64,000 nt of DNA, from assembly GCF_009914755.1 (NCBI RefSeq), contig NC_060947.1; one strand, given 5' to 3'. This document shows, in pieces, positions 1 through 14,849 of this stretch; position 1 is the stretch's first letter; every line of letters begins with the position of its first letter. This DNA comes from the human T2T-CHM13v2.0 reference genome, Homo sapiens. The notes beneath the pieces were generated by a model. It worked only from the letters and a program-made list of their open reading frames with translations, was not told where the DNA came from and ran no database searches. The position numbers and the translations under genes were made by a program.

Positions 1-1602
1 AGCTTCGTTCTTTTTGCTTAAGATTGTCTTGGCTATACAGGCTCCTTTTTGGTTACATATGAAATTTAAAGTAGGTTTTTCTAATTCTGTGAAAAAATTC
101 AATGGTAGCTTGATGAGAATGGCATTAAATCTATAAATTACTTTGGGCACTAAGGTCATTTTCACAATATTGATTCTTCATATCCACGAGCATTGAAGGT
201 TTTTCCATTTCTTTGTGTCCTCTTTTATTTCGTTCAGCAGTGGTTTGTAGTGCTCTTTGAAGCGGTCCTTCACACTCCTTGTAAGTTGTATTCCTAGGTA
301 TTTTATTCTCTTTGTAGCAATTGTGAATGGCAGTTGACTCATGATTTGGCTCTCTGTTTGTCTGTTACTGGTGGATAGGAACGCTTGTGATTTTTGCACG
401 TTAATTTTGTATCCTGAGACTTTGCTGAAGTTGCTTACTAGCTTAAGGAGATTTGGGGCTGAGATGATGGGGTTTTCTAAATATATAATCATGTCATCTG
501 CAAGCAGAGACAATTTGACTTCCTCTCTTCCTATTAGAATATGCTTTATTTCTTTCTCTTGCCTGATTGCCCTGGCCAGAACTTCCAATACTATGTTGAA
601 TAGGAGTGGTGAGAAGACATCCTTGTCTTCTGTCAGTTTTCAAAGGGAATGTTTCCAGCTTTTGCCAATTCAGTATGATACTGGCTGTGGGTTTGTCATA
701 AATAGCTCTTTTTATTTTGAGATATGTTCTATCAATACCTAGTTTATTGAGTGTTTTTAGTGTGAAGGGGTGTTGAATTGTTTTGAAGGCCTTTTCTGCA
801 TCTATTGATATAATCATGTGGTTTTTGTCATTGGTTATTTTTATGTGATGGATTACATTTATTAATTTCTGTATGTTGACCCAGCCTTGCATCCCAGGGA
901 TGAAGCCGACTTGATCGTGGTGGATCAGCTTTTTGATGTGCTGCTGGATTAGTTGGCCAGCATTTTACTGAGGATTTTCACATCAATGTTCATCAGGGCT
1001 ATTGGCCTGAAATTGTTTTTTTCACTGTGTCTCTGCCAGGTTTTGGTATCAGGATGATGCTGGCTTCATAAAATCAGTTAGGGAGGTTTCTCTCTTTTTC
1101 TATTGCTTAGAATAGTTTCAGAAGGAAATTCCTCTTTGTTCCTCTGGCAGAATTTGGCTGTGAATCCGTCTAGTCCTAGGCTTTTTTTGTTTGTTAGGCT
1201 ATTAATCACTGTCTCAATTTCAGAACTTGTAATTGGACTCTTCAGGGATTTGACTTCTCATTGGTTTAGTCTGTGGAGGGGGTATGTCTAGGAATTTCTC
1301 CATGTCTTCTAGATTTTCTAGTTTATTTGCAGAGAGGTGTATTTGATTCTTCTCCATTTTCTTCTCTATTAGTCTGGCTAACAGTCTATTTTGTTAGTCT
1401 TTTCAAAAAACCAGTTCCTGGATTCATTGATTTTTTGAAGAGTTTTTCGTGTCTCTATCTCCTTCAGTTCTACTCTGATCTTAGTTATTTTTTGTCCTAA
1501 TGCTAGCTTTTGAATTTGTTTGCACTTGCTTCTCTAGTTCTTTTAATTGTGATGTTAGGGTGTCAATTTTAGATCTTTCCCGCTTTCTGATATGGGCACT
1601 TA

Positions 1603-2940
<1,338 letters not shown>

Positions 2941-5632
2941 TTAGTTTAAAGTCTGTTTTATCAGAGACTAGGATTGCAACCCCTGCCTTTTTTTTTCTGT
3001 CCATTTGCTTGGTAAACATTCCTGCATCCCTTTATTTTGAGCCTATGTGCATCTTTGCACGTGAGATGGGTCTCCTGAATACAGCACACTGATGGGTCTT
3101 CACTCTTTATCTAATTTGCCAGGCTGTGTCTTTTCATTGGGGCATTTAGCCCATTTGCATTTAAAATTAATAGTGTTATGTGTGAATTTGATCCTGTCAC
3201 CATGATGCTAGCTGGTTATTTTGCACATTAGTTGATGCAGTTTCTTCAGTGTCGTTGGTTCTTATTTTGGTATGTTTTTGCAGTGGTGGGTAACAAATTT
3301 TCCTTTCCATATTTAGTGCTTCCTTCAGGATCTCTTTTAAGGCAGGCCTGGTGGTGACAAAAATCCCTCAGCATTTGCTTTTCTGTAAAGGATTTTATTT
3401 CTCCTTCACTTATGAAGCTTAGTTGGCTGGATATGAAATTCTGGGTTGAAAATTCTTTTCTTTAAGAATGTTGAATATTGGTTCCCACTCTCTTCTGGCT
3501 TGTAGGGTTTCTGCCAAGAGATCCGCTGTTAGTCTGATGGGCTTTCCTTTGTGAGTACCCTGACCTTTCTCTCTGGTTGCCCTAAACATTTTTTCCTTCA
3601 TTTCAGTCTCAGTGAATCTGACAATTATGTGTCCTGGGGTTGCTTTTCTCAAGGAGTAGCTTAGTGGTGTTCTCTGTATTTCTTGAATTTGAATGTTGAC
3701 CTATCTTGCTAAATTGGGGAAGCTCTCTTGGATAATATCCTAAATTGTGTCTTCCAACTTGGTTCTATTCTCCCTGTCACTTTCAGGTACACCAATCAAT
3801 CATAGATTTGGTCTTTTCACATAGTCCCACATTTCTTGGAGGCTTTATTCCTTCGTTTTCTTTCTTTTTCTTCTGATCTTGTCTTTATGCTTTATTTCAT
3901 TTAGTTGATCTTTAATCTCTAATATCTTTTCTTCCACTTGATTGATTCAGCTACTGATACCTGTGTATGCTTCACAAAGTTCTCGTGCTGTGTTTTTCAG
4001 CTCCATCAGGCCATTTAAGTTCTTCTCTAAACTGGTTATTCTAGTTAACTGTTCCTGTAACCTTTTATCAAGGTTCTTAGCTTCCTTGCATTGGGTTACA
4101 GCATGCTCCTCTAGCTCAGAGGAGTTTGTTATTATGCACCTTCTGAGGCTTACTTCTGTCAATTCATCAATCTCATTCATTCTCCATCCAGTTTTGTTCC
4201 CTTGCTGGAGAGGAGTTGTAATACTTTGAAGCAGGGGCATTCTGGTTTTTGGAATTTTCAGCATTTTTGTGGTGGTTTTTCCTCATCTTCATGGATTTAT
4301 CTACCTTTGATCTTTGATGCTGAAAACCTTTGGATTGGGTTTTTGTGTGTGCGTCCTTTTTGTTGATGTTGATGTTATTGCCTTCTGTTTGTTAGTTTTC
4401 CTTCTAACAGTCAGGCCCTTCTTCTGCAGGTCTGCTGGAACTTGCTCGAGGTCCACTCTAGACCCTGTTTGCCTAGGTATCACCAGCAGAGTCTGCAGAA
4501 CAGCAAAGATTGCTGCCTGCTCCTTTCTATGGAAGCTTCATCCCAGGATGGCACCCACCTGATGCCAGCCAGAGCTCTCCAGTTTGAAGTGTCTGTCAAC
4601 CTCTGCTGGGAAATGTCTCCCAGTCAGGAGGCATGGGGTCAGGGACTCACTTGAGGAGGCAGTCTTTCCCTTAGCAGAGCTCGAGCACTGTGCTGGGAGA
4701 TTCACTGCTCTCTTCAGAGCTGGCAGGAAGGGATGTTTAAGTCTGCTGAAGCTGTGCCCATCAGCCACCCTTTCCCCCAGGTGCTCTCTCCTAGGGAGAT
4801 GGGAGTTTTATCTATAAACCCCTGACTGGGGCTGCTGTCTTTCTTTCAGAAATGCTCTGACCAGATAGGAGAAATCTAGAAAGGCAGTCTCACTACAGTG
4901 GCTTTGCCAGGCTGGAGTGGGTTCTGCCCAATCCGAACTTCCTGGCAGCTTTGTTTACACTGTGAGGGGAAAACTGCCTAGTCAAGCCTCAGTAATGGCA
5001 TATGCCCCTCCCCTCACCAAGCTGAAGCATACCATGTTTACTTCAGACTGCCGTGCTGGCAGCGAGAATTTCAAGCCAGTGGATCTTAGCTTGCTGGGCT
5101 TTTTGTGGGTGGGACCCACTAAGCTAGGCCACTTGGCTCCCTGGCTTCAGCCCCCTTTCGAGGAGAGTGAACTGTTCTGTCTTGCTGGTGTTCCAGGCCC
5201 CACTGTGGTATGAAAAAAAATTTCTGCAGCTAGCTCAGGGTCTGCCCAAATGGCTGCCCAGTTTTGTTCCTGAAACCCAGGGACTTGGTGGTGTAGACAT
5301 CCGGGGGAATCTCCTGGTCTGCAGGTTGAAAAACCATGGGAAATGTGTAGTATCTGGGCCAGATATAACCGTGCCTCACAGCACAGTCCCTCATGGCTTC
5401 CCTTGGGTAGGGGAGGGAGTTTCCTGACCCCTTGCACTTCCTGGGTGAGGCGACACCCCATCCTGCTTCTGCTTACCCTCCATGGGCTGCACCCACTGTC
5501 TAATCAGTCCCAAAGAGATGAGCTGGGTACCTCAATTGGAAATGCAGAAATCATGTACCTTCTGTGTTGGTCTCACTGGGAGTTGCAGATTGGAGTAGTT
5601 CCTATTTGGCCATCTTGCCAGTTCCCCCCTTT

Positions 5633-6100
5633 TCTGTTATTTTAAATAGAATTGTTTTCTTAATTTCTTTTTCAGATTGTTCCTTGTTAGTGCATAGAAA
5701 TGCAGCTAATTTTTTTATGTTCGTTTTCTATCGTACAACACTGCCAAATTCATTTATTAGTTCTAATAGTTTTTAGGGTAGCATCTTTAGTGTTTTCTAC
5801 ATAAGATTATGTAATTTGTGAACAGAGATAATATTACTTTTTCTATATGATTTGATTGCAATTCTTTCTTTCTTTCTTGCCTATTTGCTCTAGCTAGGAA
5901 AACCAGTACCATGTAAACAGAAGTGGCTAGAGTGAACATCCTTACCTTACTCCTGATCTTACAGGAAAAATTTCAGCTTCATCATTCAGTGTGTTAGTTG
6001 TAAGCTTTTCCTATTTGGCTTTTATGGTGTTGAAGTAATTTCCTTCTATTTTTAGTCTGTTGAATGTTTCTATCATAAAAACTGTTAAATTTTGTCAAAT
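5633..6100 (-). mobile_element. Old L1M ORF2 fragment (inverted 5' part)
   Basis: Antisense L1 RT-region sequence (gtaatttgtgaacagagataat; catccttaccttactcctgatctt). Confidence 0.75.
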
Positions 6101-7230
6101 CCATATCAAAATCCCAAAGACATGTTTTGCACACACACACAAAAATCTTAAAATTTATATAAAACCACAAAAGAGTGAAGAGCCAAAAGACCCTTAAGAA
6201 AGAACAAACTTGGAAGCCTCACAATTCCTAATTTCAACACATATTACAAAACTACAGTAATCAAAACATTGCAGTACTGGCATAAAAATGGACACATGAA
6301 TCAACGGAATAGAACAGAAAGCCCAGAAACAAATCAATGCATACATATGGTCAGCTGATCTTTGACAAGGGTGCTAGTTATACACAATAGGAAGAAAAAG
6401 CTAGCTTTTTCTACAAATGGAACTGGGAAAACTTGATTTCTAAATGCAAAAAAAAAAATGAAATTATACCCTAGTACCACACACACAAATCAATTCAAAA
6501 TGGATTAAAAATTTAAACATAAGACCCAAAACTATAAAACTCTTAGAAGAAAACACAGGAAGAAAGCTTCATGCCATTGATCTTAGCAATTATTTCATAG
6601 CTACGACACCAAAAGCAAAGGCAAGAGAAGCAAAAATAGATCAGTGAGACTGCATAAAATAAAAAGCTTCTACACTGCAAAAGAGAAAATCAGCAAGTTG
6701 AAATGGCAACCTTTAAACCAGAGAAAATATTTGCAAATCATATATCTGATAATGGGTTAATCTTCAGAATACATAAGAAACTTTTATAACCCAATAACTG
6801 TGTGTGTGCATGTGTGTGTGTCTGTCTGTCTGTCTGTGTACAGCTCTTTAAAAGAAGGAAATTCTGTTATTTTGTCAACATGAATAAACCTGGAACATAT
6901 TAAGCTAAATAAAATAATTCAGGCACAGAAAGATAAATACTGCATGATTCCACTTATATGGTGTACCTAAAGTAATTAAAGTAATAGAAGCAGAAAGTAA
7001 AATGGTGTTAGTCAGAGACTGGGAGGAGAGAAAAATGAGGAGCTGCTCTTCAAGGGGTATAAAGTTTCACCACTTTACTTTCTAAAATATAAAAGAACTT
7101 CCTAGAATAAAAAAGTTCTAAAGGTTTGCTGTACAATATTGTGTTTACACTTTACAATAGTGTACACCTGAAAGTTTGTGAAGAGAGTAGAGATTATGTG
7201 TGTTTTTTACCACAATATTTAAAAAAAAAT
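6101..7230 (+). mobile_element. Old L1M (MA/MB-like) ORF2 end and 3'UTR
   Basis: Sense L1 motifs (cagtactggcataaaaatggacac; atctttgacaagggtgc; atttgcaaatcatatatctgataa) and an L1M 3' end ending ccacaatatttaaaaaaaaa. Confidence 0.8.
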
Positions 7231-8491
7231 TTTGCCAAGCCATATGGAGAAATGTTATATATATGTTTAAATATATTTATGTTTAAATATATATTTAAAC
7301 ATGAATTATTTAATTGCTACTGAGGCAGAATAAATTTTAATAGGTTTTTTAGATACTAATATTTCTTCTCTGAATTGTATCCTTATATCATTTGCTCTTG
7401 TTTCTAATGGAGTTAATTGTATTACTTTTATTGTCATTGTAATACTAATATATGCTGATTTTTAAGTTTTTGGAAAACAAATAATTATTGAAAAACTAAA
7501 ATCACCCTAATGCTTTATCCTTAAATTAGCCTACCATTGTATCCTTAATGTCTATGATTATATCTCTAATTCTAGATATTTAATAAATATTTTATGTAAT
7601 TCTCAACATAGTGTATACTTTCCAGGAATTTTTTTATATCTACCTATATATTTTCATAGGGTTGTAATCATAGTAGATAACAGTGGGCTGTATACTTTTT
7701 ATATTTAGCACACTATAAATGTTCTCTTATTTTTTAAATGATTTGTCATAAATATTTTTCTAAATAGACTTTTTTGTGATTTGTAGAATAATTTATGAGT
7801 TTCATTTAAAACTTAAAAAACCTAGAACACTAAAACTAAAAGAAAATAATCTATATTTTCTCAACGTATAGATAACTATTTGAAGTATTTTTCCTAAATA
7901 ATAACATGAATGTTATATATTTAACGTGATTAGAACCACACTATTTATATGGTTATATATATGGAGATTTTTAATTTTTTTGAGTACATAGTAAGTATAT
8001 GTATTTATGGGGCCCATAAGATATTTTGATGTAGGCATACAATATGTGACAATCACATCAGGTTAAATGGGGTATCTATCACTTCAAGTATTTATCATTT
8101 CTTTGTGTATTAACATTTCAATTATACCCTTTTAGTTACTTTAAAATAGGAAATAAATTATTGTTGACTGCAGTCACCCTGTTGTGCTGTCAAATACTAG
8201 GTCTTCTTTATTTTATTTAAATATATTTCTGTACCCATTAACCATCCCCACATCTCCCACCACCACACTACTCTTTTTAGCCTCTGGTAACCTTCATTCT
8301 TCTGTCTTCATAAGTTCAATTGTTTTAATTTTTAGTTCCCCCAAAATAAGTGAAAATACGTGAAGTCTGTCTTTCTTTTCCTAGTTTATTTCACTTAACA
8401 TGATGTCCTACTATTCCATCCATGTTGTTACAAATAAAAATGTCATTCTTTTTGTATGGCTGAATAATACTCCATTTTGTATTTATAAAAC

Positions 8492-8702
8492 TTTTTTTTA
8501 TTATTATACTTTAAGTTTTAGGGTACATGTGCACATTGTGCAGGTTAGCTACATATGTATACATGTGCCATGCTGGTGCACTGCACCCACTAACTCGTCA
8601 TCTAGCATTAGGTATATCTCCCAATGAGTTCATGTCCTTTGTAGGGACATGGATGAAATTGGAAAACATCATTCTCAGTAAACTATCGCAAGAACAAAAA
8701 AC
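8492..8702 (-). mobile_element. Tiny 5'-inverted L1PA2-like insertion (about 210 bp)
   Basis: 8492-8626 is the antisense L1PA 3' terminus (cactaactcgtcatctagcattaggtatatctcccaatg). 8624-8702 is sense L1 (atgagttcatgtcctttgtagggacatggatgaaattgg). Confidence 0.88.
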
Positions 8703-11700
8703 ATTTTCTTTATCCATTCATTTGTTGATGGAAATTTAGGTTTCTTCTAATTCTTAACTGCTGTGAATAGTGCTGCAGTAAACAAGAGAGTGCAGTTATC
8801 TTTTCATCATACTGTTTTCTCTTAATTTGGGTAAATACACAGTTGTGGCATTACTAAATGATATAGTTGTTCTATCTTTAGGTTTTGTGAAGAAATTCCA
8901 TATTATTCTCAATAGTGGCTGTACTAATTTACATTCTGACCAACAGTGTAAGAGGATTCCCTTTTCTGCATATCCTCAATAGCATATGTTATTGTCTGCC
9001 TTTTGGTTAAAAAAGTGATTTTTACTTAGGTGAGATTAACATTTAATTGTAGTTTTGATTTGCATTTCACTAATGATAAATGTTTAGTACCTTTATATAT
9101 ACCTGATTGCAATCTGTATATTTTCTTTTGAGAAATGTCTATTCAGATATTTTTCTCATTTTTTAATTGGATTATTTGACTTCTTCTATTGAGTTGTTTG
9201 AACTTCTTATATATTCTGGTTATTAATCCCTTGTAACATGGGTAGTTTGCTAATACTTTCTTTCATTTTGTGGACTGTCTCTTCACTTTGTTGATTGTGT
9301 CCTTTGCTATACGGAAGACTTTTAACTTGATTTGATCAAATTTGTCCACTTTTACTTAGGTTGCCCATGTCTGTGGTGTATTTCTTAATAAATATTTGTA
9401 CAGACCAATGTCCTGAAGAGTTTCCCCAATGCTTTCTTGTAGTCTTATAGTTTTAGGTATTAGGTTTATGTATGTCTTCATTTTGATTTGACTTTTGTAT
9501 ATGGCAAGAAACAGGGGTCTAGTTTTATTCTTTTGCATATGGATATCCAGTTTTCCAGGCACCAATTATTGAAGAAACTGTCTTTTCCCCAATGTATGTT
9601 CTCGGTAACTTTGTTGAAAATGAGTTCACTGTAGATGTATGGATTTGTTCTGAGTTCTCTATTTTGTTTCATTTGTCTATGTGTCTGTTTTTATGCCAGT
9701 ACTCTACTGTTTTGATGACAATCGCTGTGTAGTTTAAAGTCTTGTAATGTGATTGCTTCCATTTTGGTTTGTTGTTGTTGTTGTTGTTGTTGTTGTTGCT
9801 CAATTTTGGGTCTTTTGTAGTTTCATATAAATTTAAATTTTTTTTTAATTTTTGTGAAGAATGTTGTTGGTATATTGACAGAGATTGTATTGAATATGTA
9901 GATCGCTTTGGGTAGTGTGGACATTTTGGCAACATTGATTTTTCCAATGTATGAACATAGAATATGTTTCCATTATTTCGTACCCTCTTAAATTTCTTTC
10001 ATCGGTGTTTTATAGTATTCATTTTAAAAAACTTTCACTAGTTCGGGAAAGTTTATTACTAAATATTTCATTTTTTGTAGCTATTATAATTGTGAATACT
10101 TTTGATTTCTTGTTCAAATTGTTTGCTGTTGGCATATACTGTTACTTTTTGTATGTTGATTTTGTATTTTTCAAATTTACTTAGTGTATCAGTTCTAATA
10201 CTTTTTGGTGAAGTTTTTAGGTTTTTTTTCAAATATAAGATGATATCATCTGCAAACAAGGATAATTTGAATTCTTCATTTTAAATTTAGATGACTTTTA
10301 TTTCTTTCTCTTTCCTTATTGTTCCAGGTAGGACTTTCAGAGCTATGTTGAATAACAGTGGTGAAAACGGGCATCTTTGTCTTCTTCTAGGTCTTACAGA
10401 AAAGGCTTTTAGTTATTGCCTATTCAGTATGGTACTAGCTATGGGTCTGTTGTATATGGCTTTTATTGTGTTATGGCATGCTCTGCCTTTACCCATTTTT
10501 TCAGGGTTTTGAAGGGATGCTGAATTTTATCAAATGCTCTTTCAGCATCAACTGAAATAGCCATATGGTTTTTGTCCTTCATCCAAATGACATAAAGTAA
10601 CACACTAATTGATTTGCATATGTTGAACCATGCTTGGATTCCCGGGATAAATTTCATTTGAACATAATAAATAATCTTTTTAATGTGTTGCTGAAATCGG
10701 TTTGCTAGTATTTTGTTGAGAAAATTTGCATTAATATTTATCAGTTTTATTTTTTGATGTGTCATTTTTTGCTTTCGTATCAGGGTAATACTGGCCTCAT
10801 AGTATGAGTTTTGAAGTATCTACTTCTCTGTTTTTTGGAACACTTTAAATAGAATCGGTATAAGTTCTTCTTTAAATGTTTGGTTGAATTCAGCAGTGAA
10901 GCCAATGGGTCTTAGGCTTCTGTCTAGTCAGTGACTTCTTATTATGGCTTCCATCTCATTACTTGTTATTGGTCTGTTCAGGTTTTTGAATTGCTTCATG
11001 GTTCAATATTGGCAGGTTGTATGCATCTGGAAATTTATCCATTTCTTCTAGGTTTTCCAATTTGTTGCCATATAGTTACTTATAGTAGTCTCAATCCTCT
11101 GAATTTCTGCAATATCAGGTGTAATGTCTCCTTTTCCATCTCTGATCTTAGTGAATTTGGTCTGCTCTCTTTTTTTCTTATTCTTCCTATAGGTTGCTAA
11201 ATTTTCTTTATTCCAAAACCAAACTTTTTATTTCATTGATCTTTTGTATTTTTTGTTTAAATTTTATTTATTTCTGCTCTGATCATTATAATTTCTTTTC
11301 TGTCCACTAATTTTGAGTTTGCTTGGCTTTTGCTTTTTTAGTTTATTCAAATACATCATTATGTTTTTTACTTGAAGGTTTCTACTTTTTTATATAGGCA
11401 CTTATTGATATAAAGTATACTGTTAGTACTGCTTTCTTTGTATTCCATAGGATTTGGTATGTTGTGTTTCCATTTTCATTTGTTTTAAAAGACTTTCTAA
11501 TTTTCTTAGTAATTTATTCTTTGATGCACTGGTCCTTCAAGAGCATATTGTTTATGTGTTTGTTTAATTTCCAGTGTTCCTCTTATTATTTATTTCTAGA
11601 TTTATTTTATTTTGGTCAGAGAAGATAGTTGATATTCAATTATTTTAATGTTTTAAGGTTTGTTTTGTGGCCTAACATATGCTCTACTTTTGAGTATGAT

Positions 11701-12122
11701 TCATGTGCTGAGAAGATACATGTGTTTTCTGCAGCCATTGGATAAAATGTTCTATAAATATCTATTAGATCACTAGGCCTATAGTGCAGATTAGGTCTGA
11801 TACCTCTTTGTTGATTTTCTGTCTGGAAGGACTCTCCAATGCTAAAAGTGGGGTGTTGACGTCTCCAGCTATTGCTGTATTGGAGTCTATCTCTCTTTTT
11901 AGTTATAATATTTGCTTTTTAGATCTGAGTGCTCCAGTGTTGGGTAAATATATATTCACAATTGTTATGTTCTCTTGCTGAATTTACCCCTTTATTATTA
12001 TATAATGACAGTCTTTGTCTTGTTTTATAGGTTTTGTCTCAAAATTTATTTTATCTTATATAAGTATAGCTACTCTCTGTCTTTTTTTTAAATTTCTATT
12101 TGCATGAAATATCTTTTTCTGT

Positions 12123-12178
12123 CCTACCTTGGCCTCCCAAAGTGCTGGGATTACAGGCGAGAGCCACTGTGCCCAGTC
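12123..12178 (-). mobile_element. Alu 5'-end fragment
   Basis: ccttggcctcccaaagtgctgggattacaggcgagagccactgtgcccag. Confidence 0.85.
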
Positions 12179-14849
12179 TTGACTGTGTATTTTCAAATAG
12201 TCTGTATTCAAGCTCACTAGTTGTTTCTTCTGCTTAATAGCAATTCTGCTATTAACACTCTGATACAGTCTTCAGTATGTCAATTGAATTTTCCAGCTCC
12301 ATATTTTCTGTTTGAGTTTAATTATTTCAAAGTCTTTATTAAATTTATATGATAGGATTATAAATTCCTTTTCTGTGTTATCTTGAATTTTTTGAGTTCC
12401 CTCAAAATAGATATTTTGAATTCTCTATCTGAAAAGTCACATATCTCTGTCTCTTCAGGATTGGTCCCTGGTGTTTTATTTAGTTCATTTGGTGAGGTCA
12501 AGGTTTTCCTGGTTGATCTTGATGCTTATGAATGTTTGTCAATGTCTGGGAATTAAATAGGTATTTATTGTAGTCTTCAGAGCCTGGCCTTATTTGTACC
12601 TGTTTTACTTGGGAAGTCTTTTCAAGTATCCAAAGGAAATTGAGTATTACAATCTAAATCTTTGGTCACTTCAACTGTATATCCATTAGTGGGCACCCCA
12701 AGTTCACTAACACTGTGACTCTTGCAGACTTACAGTTGTACTGCCGTGGTGTTCTTGAGTAAGATCTGAGAGAATTTCCTGGGTTAACAGGCAGACTCTT
12801 GTCCTCTTCTTTGGGATGAAAATCAGGAGACTGTCACCCAAACAAATGGAATCTCTCTCTCTATGTTGAGCTGCCTGGAGCTGGGAAAATGGTGAAACAA
12901 GCACTCTTGCAGCCACCACCACTAGGACTGCTCTGGGCCAGACCCAAAGCTATCACAGTAGTGGGTCTCACCCAGGGCCCATGGTGACCACTGCCTGGCT
13001 ACCCCTCATGTTCACTTAATGTATAATGGCTCCTAAATCAGCAGGTGGCTAATCCAGCCAAGTTTGTATCCTTCCTTTTAGGGGGGCAAACTCCCTTCTG
13101 GCCCAGAAATACCATCTGGGAGCCAGGAACCTGAAGTTGGAAACCTTAGGAATCTGCTTGGTGCTGTACTCTACCACTGCTGAGCTGGCACCCAAGCCAT
13201 AAAACAAAGTACTTCCTATTCCTTTCTCTCCTTTTGTCCTACAGGAGGGGTCTCTCCCCATGGTCACCACCACCCTAGGCCCACATCAGGTAATACTAGT
13301 CTGCTGCTGATGTTCACTCAAGGTCCTAAAGCTCTTCATTCACCTTGTGGCAAATACTGCCAGGCCTCTGTCTCTACCTTAAGGGCAGCAAGCTCCCATC
13401 TGGCCCAGGAAAGACTTAGACATGCCATCCATGAGCCTAGGCCTGGAATCAGGTTCTCCAGGAGACTAGGTGCTCTACCCTACTGTGGATGAGCTGGTGC
13501 CCAAACTTTAAGAAAGAAATACCCTTTACTCTTTTTTCTTCTTTCCTCAAGCAGAAGTAGTGTCTTCCTGTGGCCCCCAAACAGCTGGAAACATGCTGGG
13601 TCACACCTGAAGTCAGCATGGCCCTGTCTCATCCAAGGCTCAAAGCAGGGACTCCCTGGGAGCTGCTTACGTTTATTCAAAGCCCAAGGACTCTTTAGTT
13701 GGCAAATTATAAATCCTGCCAGGACTGGGTTCTTCCCTTCAAGGCAGCAGGCTTCCCTGTCACCCAGGATGTGTCTAGAAATGTCATCTGGAAACTAGGG
13801 CCTGAAATTAGGGACTCGGGACAGAGCCTGTTGCCCCGTCCAATTATGGCTGAGCTGGTATCCAAGTTGCAAGACAAAGTCTTCTTCACTCTCTCCTCTC
13901 CTCTGCTGAAGCAGGAGTTTCTCTTGGAGCTGTGATCTGTGCTTCCTGGGGTTAGGGGAGGGGTGATGCATGCACTTCTTTGTCTGCCCTTGCTAGTGTC
14001 TCCCTAGTTGGCATGTACTCCATGTCTACTGGCTCTGAGCCCAGCAAAATACCAGAACTTGCCCAAGTATTGCAGTACTTGTGGCCTAGACTGCCTTTCA
14101 AGTTTATGTAGGACCCTAGAGCACATTAGCCCATGGTGGTGAGGCTAGCCGAAACTCAGGTTTCAACCACTGGAATGGATGATTCCACTCTGGCTAGTGC
14201 TGATCTAAATGTTCCCTCTGTGGGTGCTGGATGATTTCTACCCTGTGTTGCTTTCTGCTGTGACAGGGCAGCAAAGAGTTCCAATGCAAAGACCCATAAT
14301 CACTGTGCTGTCTCCACCAAGCACACAGATTCCCTCTCCTTGTCACATGGTTGCTGCCAGGGGATGGGGCAAGAGTGGTGTCTGCAATTCAAGGCTGTCT
14401 TTTCTACGCTTTTCAGTGCTTTTTTCTTTAACATGATGTTAAAACCAGGTATTGCCCGATTTTTCCTTCTTATGAAGGTGCTTTTTGTGGATAGTTGTTG
14501 AATCTGGTGTTCCTGCAGCTGAGGTTGATCACTGGAGGGCTAAATTTGGTCATCTTGCTTCACCACCTCCTCCTTAGCCACCTGTCAATTTTTAAATTAT
14601 TCCCATATGACTTTATTTAAACATTACTTGAGTAGTTTAATCCTTCATTTCACCATTCTCTTGCTGTTGGACATTTAGTTTTATTCCATTATGTCGCTAT
14701 TATTTAAAATATGATAAATTTTTAATGCAAAGATATTTTACTGGATTAAGGATTCCACTTGCAGGATGGTGCCACTAAAAACCTTGAAGACCCTTCCCAG
14801 CAAAACGATTGTAAGTTGTAAAAATTACAAAATAAAGAACCCTAAAGTT

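Larger units (their letters stand above)
7970..14570 (-). mobile_element. Near full-length L1MA-type LINE (about L1MA1-3), degraded, with long modular 5'UTR
   Basis: L1MA 3'UTR antisense from about 7970, ORF2 fragments (MFADDIILYL; CLENWISICKRIKLDP) and 5'UTR-type sequence at 12650-14570 ending ...gtcatcttgcttcaccacc. Confidence 0.85.

Noticed and set aside
7279-7302. Perfect 24-bp palindrome ATGTTTAAATATATATTTAAACAT
   Set aside because: Low-complexity AT sequence in which such palindromes arise readily; no supporting context.
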